DNA of 64,000 nucleotides, taken from Gemmatimonadota bacterium (GTDB taxonomy: Bacteria; Gemmatimonadota; Gemmatimonadetes; Gemmatimonadales; GWC2-71-9). The notes below the pieces were generated by a model that saw only the letters and a list, made by a program, of their open reading frames with translations, did no database searches and had not been told where the DNA came from. The position numbers and the translations under genes are program-made. The stretch spans positions 212-64,211 of the forward strand of contig JBGQKD010000018.1 of assembly GCA_041499375.1 (NCBI GenBank), written 5' to 3'. Below, piece by piece: positions 38,589 through 45,796 of this stretch; within the stretch, counting starts at the first letter, position 1; the number at the start of each line of letters is the position of its first letter.

Positions 38589-38774
38589 TCATTGCCGTGA
38601 CGGGCATTTCACAGACCCATACGAGCAGAAGACGCAGCAATCTCCAGGCTTTGGCCGAAGAACTGCGCGGCATGCCGAGCACTCGTAGAAATGCACGCAG
38701 GCGTTGGTTGGCATCTCTTCGGTCGCGTGGTGCCCGCAGTGCGGGCATGTTAGCGTGGACGTGAAGACCGTCAT
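38589..38774 (-). CDS. GDCCVxC-domain small metal-binding protein
   Basis: CPHCGH...PTNACVHFYECSAC...KPGDCCVFCSYGSVKCP. I place the start at ATG 38774. Confidence 0.85.
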   Translation of the reverse strand: MTVFTSTLTCPHCGHHATEEMPTNACVHFYECSACRAVLRPKPGDCCVFCSYGSVKCPSRQ

Positions 38775-38785
38775 GCTAAAGTGTA

Positions 38786-38810
38786 GCCGTGGTGCCAATG
38801 GTGGTGTCAA
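38786..38810. repeat. tandem decamer element, right copy (minus strand TTGACACCAC-CA-TTGGCACCAC)
   Basis: 24/25 identical to 21022-21046. Lies 92 nt inside the right att repeat and 12 nt upstream of the GDCCVxC ATG. Confidence 0.85.
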
Positions 38811-38902
38811 CCGGGTCGTTTCTGTCTAGCGATGCCCGGCGCTCGATTCGTCTGACTGCTTGAAAACACAACGGCCAGCGCTGGTGTGCGCTGGCCGTGC
38901 AG

Positions 38903-38944
38903 GATTACGAATCGAGAGCTCTACCACTGAGCTACGGTGGCGGT
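38903..38944 (-). pseudogene. orphan 5' half of tRNA-Thr (right copy of the 42-bp direct repeat)
   Basis: Identical to 20939-20980. Identity ends inside the 3' side of the anticodon stem, and no T arm or acceptor 3' strand follows. Confidence 0.9.
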
Positions 38945-39030
38945 GGACCTAAGTTAGCGGCGCGCCGCGCAGCGCGGTACTCCTCCTTCGAATTCTTGCA
39001 GCTGACAACAAGGCGCAGCAGGTTTCCGCA

Positions 39031-39660
39031 ATGATCACCTTTTCCCGCGCGGCGGCGGCGCTGGCACGCCGTGATCCTGTGATGGCCAAGCTGATCGACC
39101 GAAGCGCGCCCTTCAACCTCCCGCGGCGCGCCACGCGGCACTTCGCGGCGCTCGCCGAGAGCATCCTGTACCAACAACTCGCGGGAGCCGCGGCGGCCGC
39201 GATCCACCGCCGATTTCTCGATCTGTTCGACGGGGACCTCACCCCCGAGACGTTGTTGGCGCTGCCCCCGCGAAAGCTTCGCGCCGCCGGGCTCTCAGGG
39301 GCCAAGGTCGCCGCCGTCCGCGACCTCGCGGCGAAGGTCGCGGCTGGAATCGTTCCCCTCCATCGCATCGGGAGGCGTTCCGACGAGGAGATCATCGCAT
39401 CGCTGTCGGTGGTCCGTGGCATCGGACGGTGGACCGCCGAGATGTTCCTGATCTTTCAGTTGCGCCGGCTCGACGTGTGGCCGGTGGGAGACTACGGCGT
39501 TCGCACAGGGTACGCGCTGGCCTACGGGTTGCCGGCTCTGCCCACGCCGAAAGAGCTCCAGGCCGCGGGCGAACGCTTCCGGCCCTACCGGACGGTGGCC
39601 GCATGGTACTGCTGGAGAGCCGTCACCGAGCAGCGAAACAACACGCGGAACGGGCGTTAG
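39031..39660 (+). CDS. HhH-GPD DNA glycosylase (AlkA / 3-methyladenine glycosylase II-like)
   Basis: VRGIGRWTAEMFLIF helix-hairpin-helix followed by WPVGDYGV with the catalytic Asp position. Confidence 0.85.
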   Translation: MITFSRAAAALARRDPVMAKLIDRSAPFNLPRRATRHFAALAESILYQQLAGAAAAAIHRRFLDLFDGDLTPETLLALPPRKLRAAGLSGAKVAAVRDLAAKVAAGIVPLHRIGRRSDEEIIASLSVVRGIGRWTAEMFLIFQLRRLDVWPVGDYGVRTGYALAYGLPALPTPKELQAAGERFRPYRTVAAWYCWRAVTEQRNNTRNGR

Positions 39661-39679
39661 CCACCGCAGCGGACGCGCC

Positions 39680-40267
39680 TTATGCTGCCCCCGCGGGGGA
39701 CACCCGGCGTGGCCAGTACAGCGCGATCAGAAGCGCGACCGGCAGTCCAATGCCAACGATCTGCAAGAAGATGGACATCCAGGGAAACAACAACCGGGCG
39801 GCCACGAAGAACGCGAGCGACGCGAGCAGCGCGACGCGCGCTGCCTGCCACATGCGCAGCAGGATCGCGACACCGGCGGCGAGAAGCAGCGTACTCGCGA
39901 AGACACCCAGCACGAGCGCGAGCGCGTAGGTCGTTCCGATCGCCTGGTGGGACGCGGCGACCCAGTCGACCACGGCGCCCAGGACGCCGAACACGCCGAG
40001 CAAGACGGTCAGGATTGCAGCGAGCTTCATAATCACCTCAACAGTTTGAATGTTCGCACTCCCACGTGCACGCCACGCTTCTACGCGCAGGGCCGGCGCG
40101 CTGCGTGCGACGTCGCAGATGACCGCCGCCCAGAAGCCGATGGTTCGCGCGTCGCCCTCCCGGCATTGGTCCCGAAACAGCAGCACCATCTCTCGTCCGT
40201 ACTTGGCTCTGAACTCCGGCGGGTAAGCACGCAGCAGCAGATGGTAGATGCGTTCGGCACTCATCAT
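39680..40267 (-). CDS. membrane protein co-transcribed with a PadR regulator
   Basis: N-terminal soluble segment ERIYHLLLRAYPPEFRAKYGREM, then four hydrophobic helices. Overlaps the PadR stop by 4 nt. Confidence 0.6.
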   Translation of the reverse strand: MMSAERIYHLLLRAYPPEFRAKYGREMVLLFRDQCREGDARTIGFWAAVICDVARSAPALRVEAWRARGSANIQTVEVIMKLAAILTVLLGVFGVLGAVVDWVAASHQAIGTTYALALVLGVFASTLLLAAGVAILLRMWQAARVALLASLAFFVAARLLFPWMSIFLQIVGIGLPVALLIALYWPRRVSPAGAA

Positions 40268-40596
40268 GCAGGCCTCACACCGATCAGCTTCTTACGCCGC
40301 GCCGCCCGCACCATCGCCTCGAGCCGCCGCGCCTCCGCGCGCGCCACGGACAGGCCGAGCTGCGTCAGCCGGTAATAGCGGCGCCGCTCGTCACCCCTCT
40401 CGGGGTCAGCACGCTCGCCAACTTCCTCCACCAGCCCCGCCTCCAGCATGCGTTTCAGCGCTCCGTAGAGCGTCCCCGGCCCCAGCCGCACGGTGCCCTC
40501 GGATCGCGCTGCCACACCCTTCATGATCGCGTAGCCGTGCAGCTCCCCGTCCGCGAGCGCGAGCAGGATGTGGAACGTTGCGGGCGGTAGTGGCAA
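40264..40596 (-). CDS. PadR-family transcriptional regulator
   Basis: FHILLALADGELHGYAIM...GTLYGALKRML wHTH. I propose a TTG start at 40596, 5 nt after GGAGG. The longer ORF to 40824 has no homology-like N-terminus. Confidence 0.8.
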   Translation of the reverse strand: MPLPPATFHILLALADGELHGYAIMKGVAARSEGTVRLGPGTLYGALKRMLEAGLVEEVGERADPERGDERRRYYRLTQLGLSVARAEARRLEAMVRAARRKKLIGVRPA

Positions 40597-40651
40597 GTAC
40601 GCCTCCGGCGGTCGGCTGGCCTGTCGTTTCGTAGCTATGGCTCCTCCCTGA

Positions 40652-40670
40652 TATATCGGTGCTCGATATA
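40652..40670. promoter_or_regulatory. inverted repeat TATATCG-gtgct-CGATATA upstream of PadR gene 1
   Basis: Perfect 7-5-7 palindrome 56-74 nt upstream of the proposed PadR start, in an AT-rich context. Confidence 0.4.
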
Positions 40671-40804
40671 GTGAGGAATCTACCCGCGGGGCTGCCTTAG
40701 GTCCAGTGGTGCCAGAATTGGAGTGATGAAAGGCACAGCACGGTGTGGCTGAAGGCGCAGAATGTTGGTAGTATCCGCCCTCGTCCCACACCGAGGAGCC
40801 GGCA

Positions 40805-40957
40805 ATGGCGGCAGCGTCAATCAAGAATCAACAGCGGATCATCGCCAATCAGAAAGCGATCCTGCGCAATCAAAGCAGAATCCTGCGCGACCTTCAGGCG
40901 ACTCTGAGAAACCAAAAGCGGATCCTCGCCAATCAGAGCAGGATCCTCGCGAAATAG
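40805..40957 (+). CDS. 50-codon micro-ORF made of six heptads (x-N-Q-x-x-I-L)
   Basis: ATG 6 nt after GAGGAG. MAAASIKNQQRIIANQKAILRNQSRILRDLQATLRNQKRILANQSRILAK*. The underlying DNA is a 21-bp tandem repeat. Confidence 0.45.
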   Translation: MAAASIKNQQRIIANQKAILRNQSRILRDLQATLRNQKRILANQSRILAK

Positions 40958-40961
40958 CCGG

Positions 40962-41267
40962 CTAACCCCCTAGCACCAGATCCACGGCCCCGGCGAAGTG
41001 GCGCCAGCGGGCGGTCTCTTGCGCGATCGCCCGCTTTCCCACAGCCGTGAGATCGTAGTACCTCGCAAGGCGATTGTTCTCCGTGGCCCGCCAATACGAC
41101 GTCACCCAGCCGCGCCGCTCGCAGCGATGGAGGGCGGGATACAACGAGCCCTGGCCAATCTGGAAGGTGTCCTGCGACATCTCCTGAATCCGGCTCGTGA
41201 TTCCCCACCCATGCATGGGTCGGAGCGACAGCGCTTTGAGTATGAGCAGGTCCAGCGTGCCCGGCAT
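40962..41267 (-). CDS. PadR-family transcriptional regulator
   Basis: MPGTLDLLILKALSLRPMHGWGI...GSLYPALHRCERRGW...ARYYDLT. Confidence 0.85.
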   Translation of the reverse strand: MPGTLDLLILKALSLRPMHGWGITSRIQEMSQDTFQIGQGSLYPALHRCERRGWVTSYWRATENNRLARYYDLTAVGKRAIAQETARWRHFAGAVDLVLGG

Positions 41268-41292
41268 GACATCCGCGACGCTCTTCAAATCT

Positions 41293-41342
41293 CCGCTCCT
41301 GTCGGAGTGACAAGGAAGTATAGAGTGCCGCTCCTGTCGGAG
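41293..41342. promoter_or_regulatory. 15-nt direct repeat CCGCTCCTGTCGGAG x2 upstream of PadR gene 2
   Basis: Copies at 41293-41307 and 41328-41342, each containing a CTCCG...CGGAG-type internal dyad. Located in the divergent region with the OMP gene. Confidence 0.4.
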
Positions 41343-41422
41343 CAACCAGGGAATGGGCAGTACTCTAGCGGCCGACTCGCAGGACGCGTATATCATCGTC
41401 CTCTGCTCTGACACGGAGGGAC

Positions 41423-42307
41423 ATGATGCGGATATCGCGTGTGCTCTTGCTCCTGATCGCCCCGGCGACGCTGCGGGCGCAAACTGTGGATGACGGCATG
41501 CTGTTCCCCCGGCGCGCACTCAGCGCCGGTATTGTCTACGTGCACGAGGACTGGTCGCAGTATTGGGAAGGGACGCTCAAGCGCGAGAACGGCAACATCG
41601 GCACGGTCACGACGCAACGCGTCAGTTGGATCGCGGGTTATGGCGTCACCGACCGACTCACCGTGATGGTGACCCTGCCGTACGTCGCGACACGCGCCAG
41701 CCAGGGACCGCTGCACGGCATGAGCGGCGTGCAGGATTTCATGCTCGCCGCGAAGTACCAGATCCTCGCCACATCGCTGACCGATCGCGGCACCCTCCGC
41801 GCGCTCATCGTGGGCGCCGCCGGCATCCCCGCCACTAACTACACACCTGACTTTCAACCGCTCTCGATCGGCCTCGCGAGCCGGCAGGTGTCTGGCCGCT
41901 TCACGCTGAATTTCCAGGCGCGCGATGGCTGGTTCCTGAATGGATCGGCGGGCTACACCTGGCGCGCCAACGTGAAGCTCGACCGGCCGGCCTACTACAC
42001 GAACGGCCAGCTCTACCTGACCGATGAGGTCGCCATGCCCGACGTGGTCGATTACAGCATCGGCGCTGGCTTCCAACATGGGCGTCTGTGCATCCCCGTG
42101 ACGCTCTCACAGCATCGCACACTCGGCGGAGGCGACATCCGGCGGCAAGACGCTCCCTTCGTCTCGAATCGCATGGATTTCGTGAAGGCGGGCGCGATGG
42201 TGATGTATCGCGGCATTCACCTTGGAGCGAGCCGAATCGTCAGCGGTCGCAACGTCGGTCAGACCACGGAAGTCACAGGCGGTCTCTTCTACACCCTCCA
42301 CTTTTAG
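41423..42307 (+). CDS. outer-membrane beta-barrel protein (MetA-pathway/transporter-like)
   Basis: Signal peptide ...ATLRAQT, alternating beta-strand pattern, C-terminal ...GGLFYTLHF. Confidence 0.7.
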   Translation: MMRISRVLLLLIAPATLRAQTVDDGMLFPRRALSAGIVYVHEDWSQYWEGTLKRENGNIGTVTTQRVSWIAGYGVTDRLTVMVTLPYVATRASQGPLHGMSGVQDFMLAAKYQILATSLTDRGTLRALIVGAAGIPATNYTPDFQPLSIGLASRQVSGRFTLNFQARDGWFLNGSAGYTWRANVKLDRPAYYTNGQLYLTDEVAMPDVVDYSIGAGFQHGRLCIPVTLSQHRTLGGGDIRRQDAPFVSNRMDFVKAGAMVMYRGIHLGASRIVSGRNVGQTTEVTGGLFYTLHF

Positions 42308-42319
42308 CTGAGGTATCCG

Positions 42320-43858
42320 GTGCGCCGTTCGCTTACCCATTCCGTGCTCGCTCTCGCTCTGACCTGCGCAGCGTGCGACAACACCATCACGTCGACGGAA
42401 GTCCTGCCACCGCTCGACGCCGCGAGTCTCGACAGCGCTGCCGGCAGTTGGCGCATGATCGTCCTGAGCGGCCCAACGCAAGTCACCGTCGCCGCGCCGG
42501 CAGCCGACACATCGGTCGCATATCGCGCCGAACTGGCCGCTATCAAATCGGCACAAGCGCACCTCACCGCGTCGCAGCGGCGCTCGATCGTGTATTGGAG
42601 CGCCGGAGGAGTGCTGCGCTGGAACGAAATCGTCCGCGGCCTGGTGGCGCGGTTCAATCTGCCGCCCGCACCGCGCGCCGACGGCACCTATCCCGTGCCC
42701 GACCCGGAGAATCCGTTTGCCGATCCGCAGTTTCCCTTCGCGAACCCGCCCTACGCCGCGCGCGCGTACAGCTATGTGGCGGTCGCGCAGTTCGAAGCGC
42801 TCAAGACCGCATGGTACTGGAAGTACCAGTACCACCGGCGCTCGCCCGCGCACGTCGACACCGATATCGCGGCGCTGCGGCCGCTGAGCGATCTCCCGGC
42901 CTACCCGTCCGAGGACGCGGTGATATCCGGCGTCACCGTCGAATTGTTGAAGGTTCTGTTCCCGGCCGCGGTGGAGGAGATCACGCAGCGGGCCGCGGAG
43001 CAGCGCAACGCCGCACTCTGGTCGGGCAAGGCGTCGTCGAGCGACATCGCCGCCGGCCTCGCACTCGGGAAAGCCGTGGCCGCGGTGTTCGTGGCCCGCG
43101 CGGGGGCGGATGGAATGAAGAACGCCGTCGGCACGCCGGCACTGTGGCAGGCATTTGCAGACAGCGCCGTGGCTCACGGCGAGATTCCCTGGAAGAGTCA
43201 GGAGTCGCCGCCCCGACCGCCGATGCTCCCGAATTTCGGCCTGTTGCAAACCTGGCTTATGACGCCAACCGATGTCATGGCAGAGCGTCCGCCCGCGCCT
43301 CCCTCGACGTCATCGCCGCAGATGCAGCTGGAAGTGGCCGAGGTGCGGCGGACCGTCGATCACCTCAGTGGGACGCAGCTGGCGATCGCTTACAAATGGA
43401 ACGACGGTGCGGGAACCTATACGCCGCCGGGCCATTGGAACGACATCGCCGCCGAGTACATTCGCGACGCACGCATGAGCGAGGTCCGTGCCGCGCGGAC
43501 CTTTGCGCTGCTCAACATGGCGATGCATGACGCCGCCGTCGGCTGCTGGGGCGTGAAGTACTTGTACTTCAATCCTCGGCCGGTCCAGCTCGATCCGAAC
43601 ATCAAGACAATGATCGGGCTGCCGAATTTCCCGGCGTACCCTTCGGGTCACTCCACCTTCTCGGCCGCGGCGGCAGTGGTCTTGTCATATCTCTTCCCAG
43701 CGGCATCTTCTGACTTCGACGCCATGAAGAATGAGGCGAGCATCTCTCGCCTCTATGGCGGCATTCACTATCGCAGCGATATCGAGCGCGGCAAGGAGCA
43801 CGGGGCCCGCATCGGAGGCTACGCCGTGCGATTTGCGCAGCAAGACGGGGCAAACTGA
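42320..43858 (+). CDS. PAP2-superfamily / vanadium haloperoxidase-like lipoprotein
   Basis: Lipobox-like LALTCAAC. C-terminal PSGHSTF ... SRLYGGIHYRSD acid phosphatase/haloperoxidase motifs. Confidence 0.8.
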   Translation: MRRSLTHSVLALALTCAACDNTITSTEVLPPLDAASLDSAAGSWRMIVLSGPTQVTVAAPAADTSVAYRAELAAIKSAQAHLTASQRRSIVYWSAGGVLRWNEIVRGLVARFNLPPAPRADGTYPVPDPENPFADPQFPFANPPYAARAYSYVAVAQFEALKTAWYWKYQYHRRSPAHVDTDIAALRPLSDLPAYPSEDAVISGVTVELLKVLFPAAVEEITQRAAEQRNAALWSGKASSSDIAAGLALGKAVAAVFVARAGADGMKNAVGTPALWQAFADSAVAHGEIPWKSQESPPRPPMLPNFGLLQTWLMTPTDVMAERPPAPPSTSSPQMQLEVAEVRRTVDHLSGTQLAIAYKWNDGAGTYTPPGHWNDIAAEYIRDARMSEVRAARTFALLNMAMHDAAVGCWGVKYLYFNPRPVQLDPNIKTMIGLPNFPAYPSGHSTFSAAAAVVLSYLFPAASSDFDAMKNEASISRLYGGIHYRSDIERGKEHGARIGGYAVRFAQQDGAN

Positions 43859-43859
43859 G

Positions 43860-44408
43860 ATGAAAAGCTTCATCGCAAAACTGAATGGCCCGTGGCATGC
43901 GTGGGCCCTGCGGACGTTCACGCTGGTCGTCCTCGCCCACTGGGCCGAACATTTGGTGCAGGCCTATCAAGTGTACGCGCTGGGCTGGCCGCTCCACCAA
44001 GCGAGAGGCGTCCTCGGCCAGGTGTTTCCGTGGCTCGTGCACTCCGAGGTGCTACACTACGGCTATGCCGTCATCATGCTGGCCGGCATCTGGATGTTGC
44101 TGCCGGGTTTTGTGGGCCGGTCGCGCACCTGGTGGCTCGTGGCGCTGGTGATCCAGTTCTGGCATCACATCGAGCACGCGCTGCTCCAGGCGCAGGTGAT
44201 CGCGGGCCGGCCATTCTTCGGCGCTGCCCAGCCCACCAGCATCCTGCAGCTGTGGTTCCCGCGGCTCGAGCTACATCTGTTCTACAACACCATCGTCTTC
44301 ATACCGATGGTCGTCGCGATGTACTACCATCTCTTTCCGAGCGCGCCTGAAGCCGCGCAGATGCACTGCAGCTGCGCGCTGCATTCGCCTCGGCTTAGTC
44401 GAGCGTGA
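43860..44408 (+). CDS. His-rich integral membrane protein, unknown function
   Basis: ATG overlaps the PAP2 gene stop by 1 nt (its A is the last base of TGA). 182 aa with AHWAEHLVQ and QFWHHIEHALLQ helices. Confidence 0.6.
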   Translation: MKSFIAKLNGPWHAWALRTFTLVVLAHWAEHLVQAYQVYALGWPLHQARGVLGQVFPWLVHSEVLHYGYAVIMLAGIWMLLPGFVGRSRTWWLVALVIQFWHHIEHALLQAQVIAGRPFFGAAQPTSILQLWFPRLELHLFYNTIVFIPMVVAMYYHLFPSAPEAAQMHCSCALHSPRLSRA

Positions 44409-45204
44409 TGCGTGCGAGATCGACCGTCGGCTTGGGGAACCGCATGTCGGGCGCCTCGAGCGTCTCGACCAGGATCTGCGACACCGCGAGGTTGCGAAAC
44501 CACTTCTTATCGGCAGGCACGACGTACCACGGCGCGTCCTTCGCGTTGCACTCCGTAAGGGCGTCTTCGTAGGCGCGCTGGTAGTCCTTCCACCGTTTGC
44601 GATCGTCGAAGTCGCTCAGCGAGACTTTCCACTGCCGCTTCGGGTCTTCGAGCCGCCGCTCGAGACGCTGCTTCTGCTCGTCCTTGCTGATGTGCAGGAA
44701 GAGCTTCACGATCACGACGTCGTTCTCCGCCAGATACCGTTCGAAATCGTTGATCTGGTCGTACCGTCGCTTCCATACGCTGGGGGGGACAACCTTGTGG
44801 ACCCGAACGGCGACGACGTCCTCGTAGTGGGATCGGTTGAAGATGGCCACGTCACCCTTCCCGGGGACCACTTCGTGCACCCGCCAGAGGAAGTCGTGCG
44901 CCAGCTCGACCGGCGTCGGCGCCTTGAATGGGGTCACGCGGCACCCTTGCGGATTGAACCCGGTCATGACGTGCCGAATCGTGCCGTCCTTGCCCGCCGC
45001 GTCCATCCCTTGCAGCACGACGAGGAGTGCCCGCCGGTGCTCGGCGTACATCAGGTACTGGAGCTCGTCGAGGCGCTCGATGTTCTTCGCAAGCATCGCC
45101 TCGAGCTCGTCACTCTTCTCAAAGCCGTGAGTCCCGGCTGGGTCGATGTCGGCGAGGTGAACCCTGTCTCCTGGTTTCAGGCGGAGGCGGCGCGCGAGGT
45201 CCAT
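44395..45204 (-). CDS. ppk2: polyphosphate kinase 2 family protein
   Basis: LLVVLQGMDAAGKDGTI Walker-A-like P-loop and PPK2 lid region. Confidence 0.88.
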   Translation of the reverse strand: MDLARRLRLKPGDRVHLADIDPAGTHGFEKSDELEAMLAKNIERLDELQYLMYAEHRRALLVVLQGMDAAGKDGTIRHVMTGFNPQGCRVTPFKAPTPVELAHDFLWRVHEVVPGKGDVAIFNRSHYEDVVAVRVHKVVPPSVWKRRYDQINDFERYLAENDVVIVKLFLHISKDEQKQRLERRLEDPKRQWKVSLSDFDDRKRWKDYQRAYEDALTECNAKDAPWYVVPADKKWFRNLAVSQILVETLEAPDMRFPKPTVDLARITLD

Positions 45205-45212
45205 GCGCCCTG

Positions 45213-45788
45213 CTACGCGTGTCCCGCCCACGTCGTCTCGCCGGGCGTGTAGGGCACGCACGGATCGAACCGTCCTGGCGTCTCCCGATAGCGCATCGCC
45301 TGCGTGCAGCCGATCTCGGAGGTGAAGTACCCGAACAGCGCGAGCTCTTTCATCAGCCGGAAGAAATGGGGCGGCGCGCCATCCGGACGGGTATCCATGT
45401 ACGCCTTCTGCTCGCGGTCGAGCTGCTCGAGCTGCGCCAGGCGCTGCGCCGGCGTCGCCGTCATGAAGGACGCATCGTTCAGTTTCTTCATTCCATCCCG
45501 GAAGATCGCTTGCTGTTTGTCGTCGTACGTATCGGTGACCATCAGTGCCATGAAGGCGCCGGTGTGCGCCGCCTTCGCTCCCGGAGTCTTGGTTTCCGGC
45601 AGGATCGTGTCAGCGACCTCGTCGAGCAACGCGACGTCCTGCGCCGTGAAGGTGCCGATCTGTTTGCGCGCCGCCGTGACTCGGGCATGCGCGTGCTCGA
45701 CCGCCGTGAGCAGATCGCCGCTCCCCACGAACACGACGCCGCCCAGCATCGCGGTCACCTGCTTGATTGCCTCGCGTCGACTTATCAT
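45213..45788 (-). CDS. gluconate 2-dehydrogenase subunit 3-family protein
   Basis: 191 aa with an N-terminal signal-like RREAIKQVTAMLGG. Immediately downstream of a GMC oxidoreductase. Confidence 0.75.
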   Translation of the reverse strand: MISRREAIKQVTAMLGGVVFVGSGDLLTAVEHAHARVTAARKQIGTFTAQDVALLDEVADTILPETKTPGAKAAHTGAFMALMVTDTYDDKQQAIFRDGMKKLNDASFMTATPAQRLAQLEQLDREQKAYMDTRPDGAPPHFFRLMKELALFGYFTSEIGCTQAMRYRETPGRFDPCVPYTPGETTWAGHA

Positions 45789-45796
45789 GAGAGCCT

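Larger units (their letters stand above)
20981..38902. mobile_element. ~18 kb tRNA-Thr-associated integrative genomic island (fluoride, sulfide/metalloid and heavy-metal cargo), probably immobilised
   Basis: Bounded by the 42-bp direct repeats. Carries an integrase remnant, pseudogenes and resistance cargo, plus tandem-decamer elements just inside each end. Confidence 0.65.

Noticed and set aside
38236-38748. 170-aa version of the small Cys protein ORF
   Set aside because: The N-terminal 62 codons overlap the GDCCVxC gene out of frame. The paralog alignment supports the internal ATG at 38562.
38780-38810. MerR-type promoter (19-bp spacer) controlling the czc operon
   Set aside because: The spacer contains direct repeats, not a dyad. 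Only a 3-bp palindrome (CCAtTGG) is present, and no MerR-family gene is nearby.
40597-40824. Long N-terminal extension of PadR gene 1 (186-aa ORF)
   Set aside because: The extension has no PadR-like or other recognisable sequence and contains the putative operator. The TTG at 40596 with a GGAGG SD fits typical PadR length.
40815-40950. CRISPR-like array
   Set aside because: The 21-bp units are contiguous with no spacers, and there are no cas genes. I report it as a heptad micro-ORF/tandem repeat instead.
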